DNA of 64,000 nt from a virus (Duplodnaviria; Caudoviricetes): positions 1,377 to 65,376 of IMG/VR virus record IMGVR_UViG_3300045257_000280. One strand, given 5' to 3'. Under the pieces are notes generated by a model. The model did not search any database, was not told where the DNA came from, and saw nothing but the letters and a program-made list of their open reading frames with translations. Numbering within the stretch: the first letter of the stretch is position 1; each line of letters opens with the position of its first letter. The position numbers and the translations under genes are program-made. Shown here piece after piece: positions 19,034 to 29,113 of the stretch.

Positions 19034-19042
19034 GGCCGCCTC

Positions 19043-19621
19043 CTATGGGATGCCTAGCGCGGTGCAGATACGTTGGTGTTCGCCGGCATTTTGATTGAGC
19101 CACTCCTGAAACTGATCAGGGTCTTCGAAGTCTACCTCAAGCAGATTCAAGCCGCTAGTGCCCAGGAGGGCATTGATTTCGTTGTGCATCGTCTGATGCC
19201 GGAAAAGCCACATGCCGCGATCGTTCGAATTCATCGGGCTGAGCTGGTACTGGGTAAGAGACTTCACATTGGCACCCGGCCCAAACAGGATATCGTCGCC
19301 GCTACCGATATTGCCCGCGGCGGGAATCCCCATCTGCACCTCGGTGCCGTTGAACGCCGTCACTTGCGTTCCATTCGTGATCGCCGAAGGCGTGGTGGTG
19401 TCGCTGATCGTCATGCCGTCTTGAATCGTAGCGGGCACCGCATTGAACTGCATCACCGAATTGCCCGCCAGCGTGCCGATATTGGTCGCAATCGTAAACG
19501 TGATTTGCTGCAAGCGCTGACCGGCCGCCACGATATCGAAGTGATTGGCCTGATGGTTGAACGCCCAGGCGTCCAGTTCTTCCTGAGTCGTAGGCAATGT
19601 GCTGAGAGCAGGCAGGCTCAT
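19043..19621 (-). CDS. Tail-associated structural protein
   Basis: Start MSLPALSTLP overlapping the upstream stop; W..NH..H motifs at both ends around a beta-rich insert. Confidence 0.6.
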   Translation of the reverse strand: MSLPALSTLPTTQEELDAWAFNHQANHFDIVAAGQRLQQITFTIATNIGTLAGNSVMQFNAVPATIQDGMTISDTTTPSAITNGTQVTAFNGTEVQMGIPAAGNIGSGDDILFGPGANVKSLTQYQLSPMNSNDRGMWLFRHQTMHNEINALLGTSGLNLLEVDFEDPDQFQEWLNQNAGEHQRICTALGIP

Positions 19622-21951
19622 CCGCGGAATCCTACGTCTTCGACTTCGACTTTGGCGCTGATCAGCGCCATGTCGGCCGCCGAGGTTAAAAGCGTGAAGC
19701 CGGTCAGCACACCCTGCTGGCCGATTGCCTGCGGGGGCGTGACGAAAAATCCCGTGCCGGTCGGCCCCGCAATGGCGTAATGCTGCTGGTTGGTAAATCG
19801 CGCGCCTGTGCCGTCGATCCCGACCGCATCGACATACAAATCGATTTGAGTCGTGCCGGTAACGCTGTACGCCTGCCACAAGCTCCAGAACCGCGAGTCT
19901 GCCTTGGTGGACTCGTAACCGCCCGGCTCGTCCCATAGTTTCGTCACCGCCGTCTTGGTGAACGCCGTCGTAGGTGTCTGGAACAACGGATAAAGCGCGT
20001 TGCCGTCCGTGCCCCACGCCGTATAGACCGAATTGATCTCCTGGCCGCAGATGAAAGTCAGCGCCAGATTCTGGGTCGAGGTCCACCAGACACGGCCATT
20101 GAACATCAACAATTTGGTGGCTTGCACCAGAGTGAGCGGATCGATGATCGTCACCAGCACCATCCAGACCCGCTTGCCGAAAATCGTCGCCTTAGCGGCG
20201 CTGAGCTGCACGTTGTTGAAGTTGGCAACCGAGTTGTAGACACCATCCAGCGCTTCGCTCTTTTTCTGAAACGTACCGCCGCTGGACACGAAGATGCCGG
20301 CCGAATTGGCGACCAGAATGTCCGATCCTAACGTCGTCACCGCAGCCGGGTAGGGTGTACCGACCTCGGGGTCGCTATTGTTTTGCGTGAATGTCGTCGT
20401 CGGATTGCCGCCCTGCGGCGTGTTGGTGACGACGCCCGAAATGTAATCCATCGACGAGTCGCCAATCAGGAACAAAAAACCGTTGGTCGAGATGGCCTGC
20501 GAATAGCCGATCTTGGTATAAGAATTATTGGTCTGCTGCGAGCCGCCGCCCGCGCTGGTGGCAAAGTTGGAGACCGAACCCGGAGCGGTAAAATTGAAAT
20601 TGTTGCCATTGAAAACCCAGACGTGACCCTGATAGGTCTCGACCGCGGTGCCGCTCACCCCGAACGGCATCAGCGTCACGGTGCCAGCTGCCGTCGTAGC
20701 GGTATCGACAACTACCAAGGTGGGCGGCGTGTTTGAACCGTAGACGCCACCGCTTTTTATCGTCGTGCCCGTAATCACCCCCCCCGCAATCGTCGGAGTA
20801 ATGACCGCCTGCGACTGCGGGTTGCCGCCGGCCGAAACCGTAATAGTGGTGGCGGGGCTGTAGTTGGAGCCGCCGTTGCCGATTGTAACACTGGAAACAA
20901 AATAAGAGCCGGTATCGATGACCGTGATGGTGGGAAATAATGGCGACGCACGAAGTGTCCAGTAATAGTAATTCGGATTTCCTGGATCGGCGGCACGCGT
21001 TGCCGAATTTATCACACCACCACTTTGAGTGACTACGAGGCCAGGCGGTCCCAGATCGGAAGAACCAACATTATTGCCCCAACCGGAATTTGCCGGCGCC
21101 GCATTAAACCCCGCGGTGACATTTACATCGTAGCCGGTGCCAGGAGTCGTGAGAGTGATGCCGGTGCATTGATAAAGGTCGTAGACTCCAACTGAGGTGA
21201 ACAAAGTAAATATGCCGGCAAGCGCGCCACCCGACCCACCTGCTGCGTGCGTGAGCACAGCCGTCAGCGCCCCGCTAGTGCCCGCAAGCGTGCCGCCCGT
21301 GAACACCAGCGTCGCCACGTCGCCCGGCAAATAGCCGGTGCCCGGATTGGTCATGATGACATTGGTAACGACGCCGCCACCGATCGACGCCACGAACGAC
21401 GCGCCATGACCGTTACCGCCGGTCGCCGTCACCACCGGCACGGATTGATAAGCATTGCCCACGTTGGTCAGTGTGACTTGCGGCGCGAGCGTGCCGGCCG
21501 TGTAGAGCAGCGCGCCATCCCAAAGCCAGTAACCGTTGGTCTGGTTGGCGACGATGATCAGATACTGCGATCCCCACTGGGAGATTCCGATATTGAGAAT
21601 ACTGGGAATCGCGATGGTGGCGGCAGGTAGAATTGTTACGGTCGCGCCCGTACTGGTGTTGATCTGGATGGCGGCACCATCGGAGCGAAAAACGACCGCG
21701 TAGGGCGTAGCTCCAAGATTGTAAAAACCGAAATCGACCAACGTGGTACCGCCCGGCACCGTATATTTGGCAGCGCCAGTGCCGTAAAGTGTGCGCAAAT
21801 CACGCGGCGCCAGCGGCATGAAGCCGTCGAGCCAATACGCCTGCTCGTCCGGCACGCCCGGCCGGGTCGTAGCGGTTTGCAGCCCGCCGAACTTCTCGAA
21901 GGTCAGCGCCCCGGTATCAGACGGTTGCTGTTGTGGCTCACCTTCGGGCAT
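19618..21951 (-). CDS. Tail tubular protein B / stabilisation (nozzle) protein with inserted repeat domain
   Basis: 777 aa, beta-propeller-like segments, inserted TNxGxGY repeats; position after the adaptors. Confidence 0.7.
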   Translation of the reverse strand: MPEGEPQQQPSDTGALTFEKFGGLQTATTRPGVPDEQAYWLDGFMPLAPRDLRTLYGTGAAKYTVPGGTTLVDFGFYNLGATPYAVVFRSDGAAIQINTSTGATVTILPAATIAIPSILNIGISQWGSQYLIIVANQTNGYWLWDGALLYTAGTLAPQVTLTNVGNAYQSVPVVTATGGNGHGASFVASIGGGVVTNVIMTNPGTGYLPGDVATLVFTGGTLAGTSGALTAVLTHAAGGSGGALAGIFTLFTSVGVYDLYQCTGITLTTPGTGYDVNVTAGFNAAPANSGWGNNVGSSDLGPPGLVVTQSGGVINSATRAADPGNPNYYYWTLRASPLFPTITVIDTGSYFVSSVTIGNGGSNYSPATTITVSAGGNPQSQAVITPTIAGGVITGTTIKSGGVYGSNTPPTLVVVDTATTAAGTVTLMPFGVSGTAVETYQGHVWVFNGNNFNFTAPGSVSNFATSAGGGSQQTNNSYTKIGYSQAISTNGFLFLIGDSSMDYISGVVTNTPQGGNPTTTFTQNNSDPEVGTPYPAAVTTLGSDILVANSAGIFVSSGGTFQKKSEALDGVYNSVANFNNVQLSAAKATIFGKRVWMVLVTIIDPLTLVQATKLLMFNGRVWWTSTQNLALTFICGQEINSVYTAWGTDGNALYPLFQTPTTAFTKTAVTKLWDEPGGYESTKADSRFWSLWQAYSVTGTTQIDLYVDAVGIDGTGARFTNQQHYAIAGPTGTGFFVTPPQAIGQQGVLTGFTLLTSAADMALISAKVEVEDVGFRG

Positions 21952-21954
21952 TCA

Positions 21955-22416
21955 TCACACCCGAACGAACTGCTGTTGCTGGTTGAAGATGCGGCCGATT
22001 TTGTCGCGGATCAGGTCGTGGGGAACGTCGCTCATTTCTTCGACAAAAATCTTCTCGATGCCCTGCGGTTTGGCCCAGCGCGCGGCCTCGGCGTAAAACT
22101 CCGCGCCTTCCTTGGCGTAACCCTCCATGACGAACACGAAGCGCTCGATGATGACGGGTTTGGGTGCGAGCGAGTACACGCTGGTGAGCTGGAACAGCGC
22201 GACACCGTGATCCTGATAGAGAAACAGGTTGGCGTTGTCGTACAGCAGCGTGCGAATCCAACCCAGAATGTTGCGGTCGGTCAGATTCGGGTAGGCGTTT
22301 TTGAGACGCGCGAGAATCCAGGCCCCGTGCGTGTCGAGATCGGGAAGCGCGAAGCGGCGCAAGGACGAACGGATTTCGGGTTCGGGTTCGGGTTCTTTGA
22401 GGGCGGTTGCGGGCAT
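21955..22416 (-). CDS. Tail-region protein, GNAT-like fold suspected
   Basis: Start MPATALKE with GGAG RBS; IIERFVFVMEGY..GAEFY..AARWAK pattern; podoviruses commonly carry such a gene here. Confidence 0.5.
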   Translation of the reverse strand: MPATALKEPEPEPEIRSSLRRFALPDLDTHGAWILARLKNAYPNLTDRNILGWIRTLLYDNANLFLYQDHGVALFQLTSVYSLAPKPVIIERFVFVMEGYAKEGAEFYAEAARWAKPQGIEKIFVEEMSDVPHDLIRDKIGRIFNQQQQFVRV

Positions 22417-22464
22417 TAAACAGTCTCCTTGACAGGGTGATAATTGGGTGCTACATAGAAGCCC

Positions 22465-22602
22465 ATGTACCACTCAGCAAAACAATCAGTAGTCCTCACC
22501 GCCCCGCAAATCAAATGGCTCCAAGAAGAAGCCAAGCGATTGGGCATCACCGTATCAGACCTAATCAGGCGGATTATCGATGAGAAACGTGAAGCGCTTT
22601 GA
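22465..22602 (+). CDS. Ribbon-helix-helix (CopG-like) DNA-binding protein, 45 aa
   Basis: Manual translation MYHSAKQSVVLTAPQIKWLQEEAKRLGITVSDLIRRIIDEKREAL; overlaps the start of the downstream endonuclease. Confidence 0.7.
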   Translation: MYHSAKQSVVLTAPQIKWLQEEAKRLGITVSDLIRRIIDEKREAL

Positions 22603-23296
22603 TAAAACATGTGCAGAATGTCAGCAACCATTTGTTGCCAAGCGGATAGACAAACGATTTTGTTGCCGTACTTGCTATCACCATCAACGAGACCGTCACC
22701 CTGATGATACCCGCGAAACCCCCAAGGATGCCATCTGTGGACTTTGCAAAAAGCCTTTTGTAAAAATAAAACGAAACCAACGGTTTTGCTCGCGGATTTG
22801 CTATAAAACTGCGTGGCCAAAATTGAATCGAGAAAAGCATAACGCTCGCTACACAAAACGCTATCGAGACAAACCTGAATGGTACGCCGAACGAACGCCA
22901 CGCTATACAAAAACACATCGTGCAAAAGTTCTAAGCTCTCGGCCATGGTCTTACCTATTAGCTTCGCGACGTAACGAAGCTAAACGTAGAAATTGGATTT
23001 TCGATTTAGACGATGCTTGGGCATGCGCACGTTGGACAGGACGATGCGAACTAACTGGAATCGAATTTCGCGTAAATGGCAAAATGGGGCCGCAACCATT
23101 TTCTGCGAGTCTTGATAAAATAGAACCCTCCAAAGGATACACAAAAAATAATTCGCGATTCATCTTGTGGGGATGCAACGCACTAAAAGGCGTTGGCGCC
23201 GACGAAGATATGTACGCTATTGCATTGCGGATCACGAAAACATCCCCGTCAATTGTAAGTGCATATGCTGGAGCAATTCTAGCCCTCCCAGGATGA
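22580..23296 (+). CDS. HNH-like homing endonuclease with N-terminal zinc fingers
   Basis: CxxC...FC..C repeats; GRCELTG, SASLDKIEPSKGYTKNNSRFILWGCN; antisense to the structural operon. Confidence 0.8.
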   Translation: MRNVKRFDKTCAECQQPFVAKRIDKRFCCRTCYHHQRDRHPDDTRETPKDAICGLCKKPFVKIKRNQRFCSRICYKTAWPKLNREKHNARYTKRYRDKPEWYAERTPRYTKTHRAKVLSSRPWSYLLASRRNEAKRRNWIFDLDDAWACARWTGRCELTGIEFRVNGKMGPQPFSASLDKIEPSKGYTKNNSRFILWGCNALKGVGADEDMYAIALRITKTSPSIVSAYAGAILALPG

Positions 23297-24230
23297 ACGG
23301 CAAAACGTAGCGTCCGTAAGGATTAACTGCTCGACCAACTCTTGCGTAATTAGAATATCCTAAAACTCGACGATCAAACTGTTCGTGGAAATAGCGAGCA
23401 GCGTTCAAATTTTGCATTTCCTCAAAGGCCATAGCAGCACCAAAATATGGTATTGCATCCGTCCACGGTGCCGGCAACGCTTCAACAGATTGGTCGTCGA
23501 TCAAATCGCTAGGAAGTACACAACAATCCCATTCCATCTGATACGTTTGTGAAGGCAGCGGATAAAAAAACAATGACCCTGCTGCGCCTTGCCCAAACTG
23601 AGAAAAGAACATAGGAACATATTGGAAGGTCAGCGGGTACTGTCGGATTGCCGATTCATAAACCGACCATGCGTAACACGGTAAGGAATAGCGATAATTC
23701 GCATATAAAATACTGACTCCGCGAACAAAGAGAATGCTGTCCACTCCTGGAAAATTGCTCAAATCAATATTTGCAAAATCGTACCGCTCCTGACCTTGCA
23801 ACAACAAATTCATTGGCGACATAATTGGTGTCGCAGTTGCGTTCTTTCCAGTCGTATCTGTAATAGTCATGATGGGCTGGAAGTACCCGATCCCGCCATC
23901 TTGGCTAAAAATAGAAGTAATGACACCGCCAGAAACAATTGCAGTCGCCGTTGCCTGACGCCCATTTGGATTGGGAATTTGTCCGCTCGCAAAATCAGGA
24001 GGCGTGATCGTCAAAGTAGGAGTTGTCGAATACCCCGTACCTCCGTTTGTGATTTTCCAACCTTCAATCGAACCAAAAATCGGTGGCTGGATTCTTATAC
24101 ACTGCGCCCGCATGGCAATCTCGCGCCGCGCCCTGTTGATATACTCGGCCAAATTACCAATATCGAGATTCTGCTGCTTCTGATCGCGAGCGAAGCGCTG
24201 CACCATCGCGATATATTTGTTTAACGCCAT
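23232..24230 (-). CDS. Head-tail adaptor / tail tubular protein A-like, with inserted domain
   Basis: YINRARREIA, GQERYDF, LFFYPLPSQTY, LPAPWTDAIPYFGA. Confidence 0.75.
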   Translation of the reverse strand: MALNKYIAMVQRFARDQKQQNLDIGNLAEYINRARREIAMRAQCIRIQPPIFGSIEGWKITNGGTGYSTTPTLTITPPDFASGQIPNPNGRQATATAIVSGGVITSIFSQDGGIGYFQPIMTITDTTGKNATATPIMSPMNLLLQGQERYDFANIDLSNFPGVDSILFVRGVSILYANYRYSLPCYAWSVYESAIRQYPLTFQYVPMFFSQFGQGAAGSLFFYPLPSQTYQMEWDCCVLPSDLIDDQSVEALPAPWTDAIPYFGAAMAFEEMQNLNAARYFHEQFDRRVLGYSNYARVGRAVNPYGRYVLPFILGGLELLQHMHLQLTGMFS

Positions 24231-25006
24231 CAGGCCGCCCCGACCTGCGGGCCGCCGACACCAAGCCGGTTGCTCCTAAAGGGATCAGACGCCTGTTCGA
24301 ACGCATACATATTCACGTCGGGATTGGCGGCATTGCGCGCCCGCTGCATGAATTGCTCGTACAGCGCGTAGAGCTGTTGAGCTTGCTGGATGCGCGCTGA
24401 AGTTTGCGACGCCATCAATGCCATGTAACTTGCATAATAGGGCACAGCATCCGTCCACAAGTACGGCAGTGCCTCCACGTCGGTATCGGCCGTGAGCGCT
24501 TGCGGGTATGCCGTGCAGTCGCAGTTGAGTACATACGCCAAATCGGGAAGCGGATCGATGTAAAAGCTGCCGCTCGACATCGTGCCGGTCCCGATGCCGG
24601 TAATCGAGCCTTGACCGGAACTGCCTTGCGAATATTGTGCCCACTCCTGAGGTTCACCACTGGTCGGCACTGGCTTATTAAAACGCTGGAAGTCAAACCA
24701 TTCCCACGATTTTCCGCGAATCCACTTCTGGCCGGTGCCGACGTTAAATTGAATCCGGCGCACGTTGATCGCACCTTGGATGCCGGTCGTGGCGACGACG
24801 CCAAAGCTGATGCCCGAGAAATTATAGGCACGTTGGCCGATCACCGCCGAGATCGTGCCGATCGCCCGGATGCAGCGGCCTTCGCCCGCCACCTGGCCGC
24901 GAGCAACGTTTATGTACGTGGTGAGATTCGCGGTCGTATACAGCGCCGACGTGGCAGCCGGATTTTGTAAGAGCTGATTGGTTAGCGCGAGATATTGGGT
25001 CAACAC
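24230..25006 (-). CDS. Head-tail adaptor, paralogue of 23232-24230
   Basis: YINVARGQVA, GQRAYNF, FYIDPLPDLAY, LPYLWTDAVPYYA. Confidence 0.75.
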   Translation of the reverse strand: MLTQYLALTNQLLQNPAATSALYTTANLTTYINVARGQVAGEGRCIRAIGTISAVIGQRAYNFSGISFGVVATTGIQGAINVRRIQFNVGTGQKWIRGKSWEWFDFQRFNKPVPTSGEPQEWAQYSQGSSGQGSITGIGTGTMSSGSFYIDPLPDLAYVLNCDCTAYPQALTADTDVEALPYLWTDAVPYYASYMALMASQTSARIQQAQQLYALYEQFMQRARNAANPDVNMYAFEQASDPFRSNRLGVGGPQVGAA

Positions 25007-25031
25007 GGCAAGACACCTCTACCGTGCTATA

Positions 25032-25283
25032 TCACGGCCCCACATATCTGAGTATCGGATTCGCAATCGTGGACCGCTCCGCGTCGAACTCGTACCAATG
25101 AAGCGAACCGTCCGGCCCCTGAACCAGCACCTGATCGTTCGTCCGCATCGCTTGGTGGCGCCCCTGCCCGACGCCGGTCTGGATGCCGGTCGAAGACAGA
25201 TCGGGGATATTGTAAGTCTTGGCGGTCGGCAGGTTCATACCACCGACCGCATATCCAGTTTGGCTGAGCGAATAGGTCGCCAT
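25032..25283 (-). CDS. Small structural-region protein
   Basis: 83-aa ORF abutting the upstream gene. Confidence 0.6.
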   Translation of the reverse strand: MATYSLSQTGYAVGGMNLPTAKTYNIPDLSSTGIQTGVGQGRHQAMRTNDQVLVQGPDGSLHWYEFDAERSTIANPILRYVGP

Positions 25284-26459
25284 TTACGGCGCCGGCTGGA
25301 GGACCGCGATGTCGGGTACGCTGCCCATCACGAACGCCACGGTGCCGACCGTGCCGGCAGCGCCTACCGCCATCGGCCAGGCCGCGCTGGGCGCCGCCAG
25401 GAACAAGCCGCCGTCGTAGATCACGCCGGGAGCGCCGGCCGAGACCGACGTGTTGGCGCCCGTGATGCCGATATTGACCGGCCGCGGGAACCACGACAGG
25501 TACTTGAAGTTCGGCGTCTGGGTGATGGTGCCCTGAGACGGCACACCGCCGACCGCGAAGACCGGCGTGTTGCCGGTGCCGTAGCCGATGCCCGGCCCCG
25601 AGACCGTCGCGGCCGTGATGGTCTGCATGACCACTGCCGAAACCGTCGCGGTAACACCCGCGCCCGTGACCGCGAGCGTGATGGCGGTCGGGGTGATGGG
25701 AACGCCCGGATTGGTGCAAAGCACCTCCGTAATCAACCCCGCGTTCGTCAGGCTGAACGCGCAGGTCGCCAGCGTGATGCCGGTCGAGATGTTCGGATCG
25801 GTCGGCACCGGCAGGAGCGCCACATTGGCGGGGGCGGACGGATAGCCAGCGCCTTGATTGACGAAGGTCACGCCGGTCAGCACCACGGTGCCGCTGGAAA
25901 TGCCCACATAACCGGACGCCGCGACGCCGCCGATGCCATTGGCGTTGCCCGAGGGGCCGGGGGGCTGCGGAATGAACAGGATCGGCGCAATGCCGTAGCC
26001 GCCGCCCACGCTGGCGACCGAGCCGCCCGTGAAGGCAAGCGCACCGCCGACGATCGGCTGCCACGTCGAGGTGCCGCCGGTCGCGATGACGGTCGTGGTC
26101 GATTGGACGTAGGACGCGCCCTGGCTGGCGATGAAAGCGCCAACCGGGCAGCCGGTCAGATTGGCGATGCGCAGGTTGTAGCCGTCGCTGGTGATGTGAA
26201 ACATGCCGCGATGATAGGGCGCACTCGCTGCCATGACCCAAAGGTTGGTCAGTGGATCTTTGATCTGAAACACCAGATAACCGCCGAGACCGATCTGCCA
26301 GTCGCCGGCCGGAATCGGGAGCGTCTGACCGGGAGCCAGGCAGACGCGGCTGGTGGCGAAGTCGTAGGGGGCATTGATGCCCGCAAACGAGATTTCCGAA
26401 GGATAAAGATTCTGCGGAACTCCAAGGCCGATGCCAGGACCTGAAAGGGGGCTGTTCAT
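25284..26459 (-). CDS. Minor capsid/decoration-type protein
   Basis: 391 aa G/A/T/V-rich beta protein directly after the MCP; AGGAAAG RBS. Confidence 0.6.
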   Translation of the reverse strand: MNSPLSGPGIGLGVPQNLYPSEISFAGINAPYDFATSRVCLAPGQTLPIPAGDWQIGLGGYLVFQIKDPLTNLWVMAASAPYHRGMFHITSDGYNLRIANLTGCPVGAFIASQGASYVQSTTTVIATGGTSTWQPIVGGALAFTGGSVASVGGGYGIAPILFIPQPPGPSGNANGIGGVAASGYVGISSGTVVLTGVTFVNQGAGYPSAPANVALLPVPTDPNISTGITLATCAFSLTNAGLITEVLCTNPGVPITPTAITLAVTGAGVTATVSAVVMQTITAATVSGPGIGYGTGNTPVFAVGGVPSQGTITQTPNFKYLSWFPRPVNIGITGANTSVSAGAPGVIYDGGLFLAAPSAAWPMAVGAAGTVGTVAFVMGSVPDIAVLQPAP

Positions 26460-26468
26460 GTGCTTTCC

Positions 26469-27509
26469 TTAAAACTGTGCGCCTTGGATTCCGTAGAGGT
26501 TCGCGCCCGACGACGACTTGGCCGACACCACGTTGTAGCCGACCACGACGACGCCTTGCTGGCCGATCTGGCCGAGCGGCACCAGCGAGTAGAAGCCGCT
26601 GAAGTCGAACGCAGCATCTTCTGACAGGTACATCGCGGTGTATTTGGTGTTGACCGCAAAGGCGTTGCCCTTCGGACAGAAGTGGTCCTGGAAAATCGGG
26701 ATGCCGTTGACGTTCAGGTTCGGGAAGCTCGACCGGACGGCGGTGTCCATCGTGTAGGTATTGCCCGGATTGACGAACTGCTGCTCGATCCCGATGAAGT
26801 CGTTGTTGAGCGTCGCGTAATCGCCAGGCGACATCACGATGAAGGTCGGCGCTTCGCCGCCCGCCCCGTTGGTGATGTAGGAGATCACCGTCGCCATGTT
26901 CCTACGGGTGAAACCCGCCGAGAAACTGAACAGCGACGCGCTGTTGGTGTTGATGTACTGGCCCTTGAAGGCCGTATTGCCGGCAGCGTTGCGGTTGATG
27001 CCGCCGTAATTCGGCACGTTCGTGCCGTCATCGAACGCGTCATAGAGACTGTTCGGATAAAGCGGGTTCGAGCTGTTGTTCAAGAACATCAAGCCGGCGA
27101 AATTCTGCTTGGTGACGGCCGCCACGTCGTTCATGCGGGCCTTGAGCTGACTGATTTCGCGCTCGGTCGCCTGGATGATGGTCTCGCCGAACGGTAGCGG
27201 CACCGGCACCACCCAGTAGGCCAGATTCCATTGGCCGTTCTGGATTGCCGGGATGATCTGCGGTGAGTTGAAGCCGCCACCGTAGCCGGTGAACTGGCCT
27301 TGGACCATCGATGCAGCCTGCATCGGAATGGTGATCTGGTTGAGACCGCCCGCGGCTTTTTGCGCGTTACCCATCATGTAGAAAAGCATGGGCGAGCCGA
27401 AGTAGATTTGCACGAACAAACGGGGAACAAAAGCCCTACGTGTAGTGGCTGCCAATTCACTATAAAGTGCCCCCGCAGCCGGCGCAACACCTATACCTGG
27501 AAGCGGCAT
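26469..27509 (-). CDS. Major capsid protein
   Basis: 346 aa; YGGINR, APTFIVMS, NGIPIFQDHFCP HK97-fold motifs; strong AGGAG RBS; after the scaffold. Confidence 0.85.
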   Translation of the reverse strand: MPLPGIGVAPAAGALYSELAATTRRAFVPRLFVQIYFGSPMLFYMMGNAQKAAGGLNQITIPMQAASMVQGQFTGYGGGFNSPQIIPAIQNGQWNLAYWVVPVPLPFGETIIQATEREISQLKARMNDVAAVTKQNFAGLMFLNNSSNPLYPNSLYDAFDDGTNVPNYGGINRNAAGNTAFKGQYINTNSASLFSFSAGFTRRNMATVISYITNGAGGEAPTFIVMSPGDYATLNNDFIGIEQQFVNPGNTYTMDTAVRSSFPNLNVNGIPIFQDHFCPKGNAFAVNTKYTAMYLSEDAAFDFSGFYSLVPLGQIGQQGVVVVGYNVVSAKSSSGANLYGIQGAQF

Positions 27510-27583
27510 CCCAAAATCTCCTATTTACTTGCACAGCATTCCATGCTATTCCCACAGCTGTCAGACCAACAGGAGATAGCAAG

Positions 27584-28381
27584 ATGCCAATTACCAAGAT
27601 TTGCGAGCGTTGCAGCCAACCTTTCAAAGTTCGGCCGCGTGACGCCGCTCAGCGCTTTTGTGGAACGCCGTGCAAAAAAATCTATGAAGCCGAGCATGGA
27701 AGACAAAACGCGATAGTGCCGGTGGTGGACTTCACCTGCAAAGTCTGCGGGGAGCCGTTCAGCTACAAACCCGGAGCCATTCGCGCCTACCAAAAAAAGT
27801 GGAACAAGCTGCCACAATACTGCTCGACAAAATGCGGCGGTATTGGCCGCAAAATGGACGAGCAAAACTGGGATGCAAAATGCGTACAGTGCGGAAACCC
27901 AATTCCGCTCGAACGCAAAGAAGATGGAACGATTCGCTACGGCACTTCGTTGTGCAGCACCGAATGCCGTTCGCTTTTCAGGCGCCTGTCGTACCAAGCC
28001 AGACATCCTGACCAGCAACCCACTCGTCAAAAAGGCCGCCACGGATACGTGCGGCTGATTGTACCCGGCAAGAACGGCGAACCTTCCCGTGATACGCTCG
28101 AACATCGACACGCGATGGAGCAGAAAATTGGTAGGATGCTCTACGAGAACGAGACCGTCCACCACATCAACGGAATTAGAACCGACAACCGAATTGAAAA
28201 CCTCGAACTCTTTTCGAGCCGACATGGCCCCGGTCAACGCGTCATCGACAAGGTGCGCTTCGCAATCGAAATGCTCCGGTTGTACCCGGAATTCGCGAAA
28301 GCAGAAGGTGTCGCGCTCGTCAAACATCTTACTGCCGACCCCCACGAAACTCTTTCAACGCCTTCATCGCCTCTTGGGTGA
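27584..28381 (+). CDS. HNH homing endonuclease with zinc-finger repeats
   Basis: GYVR..EHRHAME..GR.L..NETVHHINGIRTDNRIENLELF; three CxxC/C..C fingers; antisense between scaffold and MCP. Confidence 0.9.
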   Translation: MPITKICERCSQPFKVRPRDAAQRFCGTPCKKIYEAEHGRQNAIVPVVDFTCKVCGEPFSYKPGAIRAYQKKWNKLPQYCSTKCGGIGRKMDEQNWDAKCVQCGNPIPLERKEDGTIRYGTSLCSTECRSLFRRLSYQARHPDQQPTRQKGRHGYVRLIVPGKNGEPSRDTLEHRHAMEQKIGRMLYENETVHHINGIRTDNRIENLELFSSRHGPGQRVIDKVRFAIEMLRLYPEFAKAEGVALVKHLTADPHETLSTPSSPLG

Positions 28382-28922
28382 CGAGCGACTCACTTTCACC
28401 GCGCGTCTCCAAGAGTTTCTTGGTGTAGTTCTCGTCCTGGGTGGACGGTTCGGTAAAGTCCCACCGGCCGAAATGGCTGGACGGCGTGGCAGGCGCGACC
28501 TGCGCACCGTGCAGATTCTCATAAGCGGGCGCGGCGAGCATCGGATCGATGATGCCTTCCTTCTCGCGGAATTCGTCGAGCGCCTTGATACCGTCTGCGG
28601 TCCAACCTTGCTGGAGCAGCTTGGCATTGCCGGCTTCGACGCGCCGTTGCAGCGTTTCGAGCTTGGAATTCTTCTCGCGCTCGGCCTTGTCGTCCTCGAT
28701 CTTCTTGTTCAGCTCGTCGATCTTGGCCTGAAGCTTCTCGACCGGCTCATTCACGGTCTTCTCGTTGTCGAGCCGCGGCGTCGGGGCATTCGGATCGACG
28801 AGCTTGCGCGCCTGCTCGACCAGCAGGGCGGCTTTCGGATGCGCCATGATCTTGCGGACGGCCGCGATGGTTTCCTGGCCGTTGTTGAATTCGAGTTCGT
28901 CAACCTCGATGGTCTTGCCCAT
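28329..28922 (-). CDS. Capsid scaffolding protein (putative)
   Basis: Charged coiled coil upstream of the MCP. Confidence 0.65.
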   Translation of the reverse strand: MGKTIEVDELEFNNGQETIAAVRKIMAHPKAALLVEQARKLVDPNAPTPRLDNEKTVNEPVEKLQAKIDELNKKIEDDKAEREKNSKLETLQRRVEAGNAKLLQQGWTADGIKALDEFREKEGIIDPMLAAPAYENLHGAQVAPATPSSHFGRWDFTEPSTQDENYTKKLLETRGESESLVTQEAMKALKEFRGGRQ

Positions 28923-28925
28923 GGG

Positions 28926-29111
28926 TTACTTCCCGCCCGTGGTGGAGCCGGCGTTCGGCACATGGCTGATGGTAAGCTTGTCGGACTTGCTCTGACTCGG
29001 CAGATGGCTTTTGCGCCCGCCAATCTCGTTCACGTCGAGATCGACCCGCACGGTCTGGTCATCGGCCTTCATCGGCACCGTCTTGGCGGAATTCTGAAAA
29101 AGGTTCGGCAT
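28926..29111 (-). CDS. Small head-region protein
   Basis: 61 aa, AGGAG RBS. Confidence 0.6.
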   Translation of the reverse strand: MPNLFQNSAKTVPMKADDQTVRVDLDVNEIGGRKSHLPSQSKSDKLTISHVPNAGSTTGGK

Positions 29112-29113
29112 GG

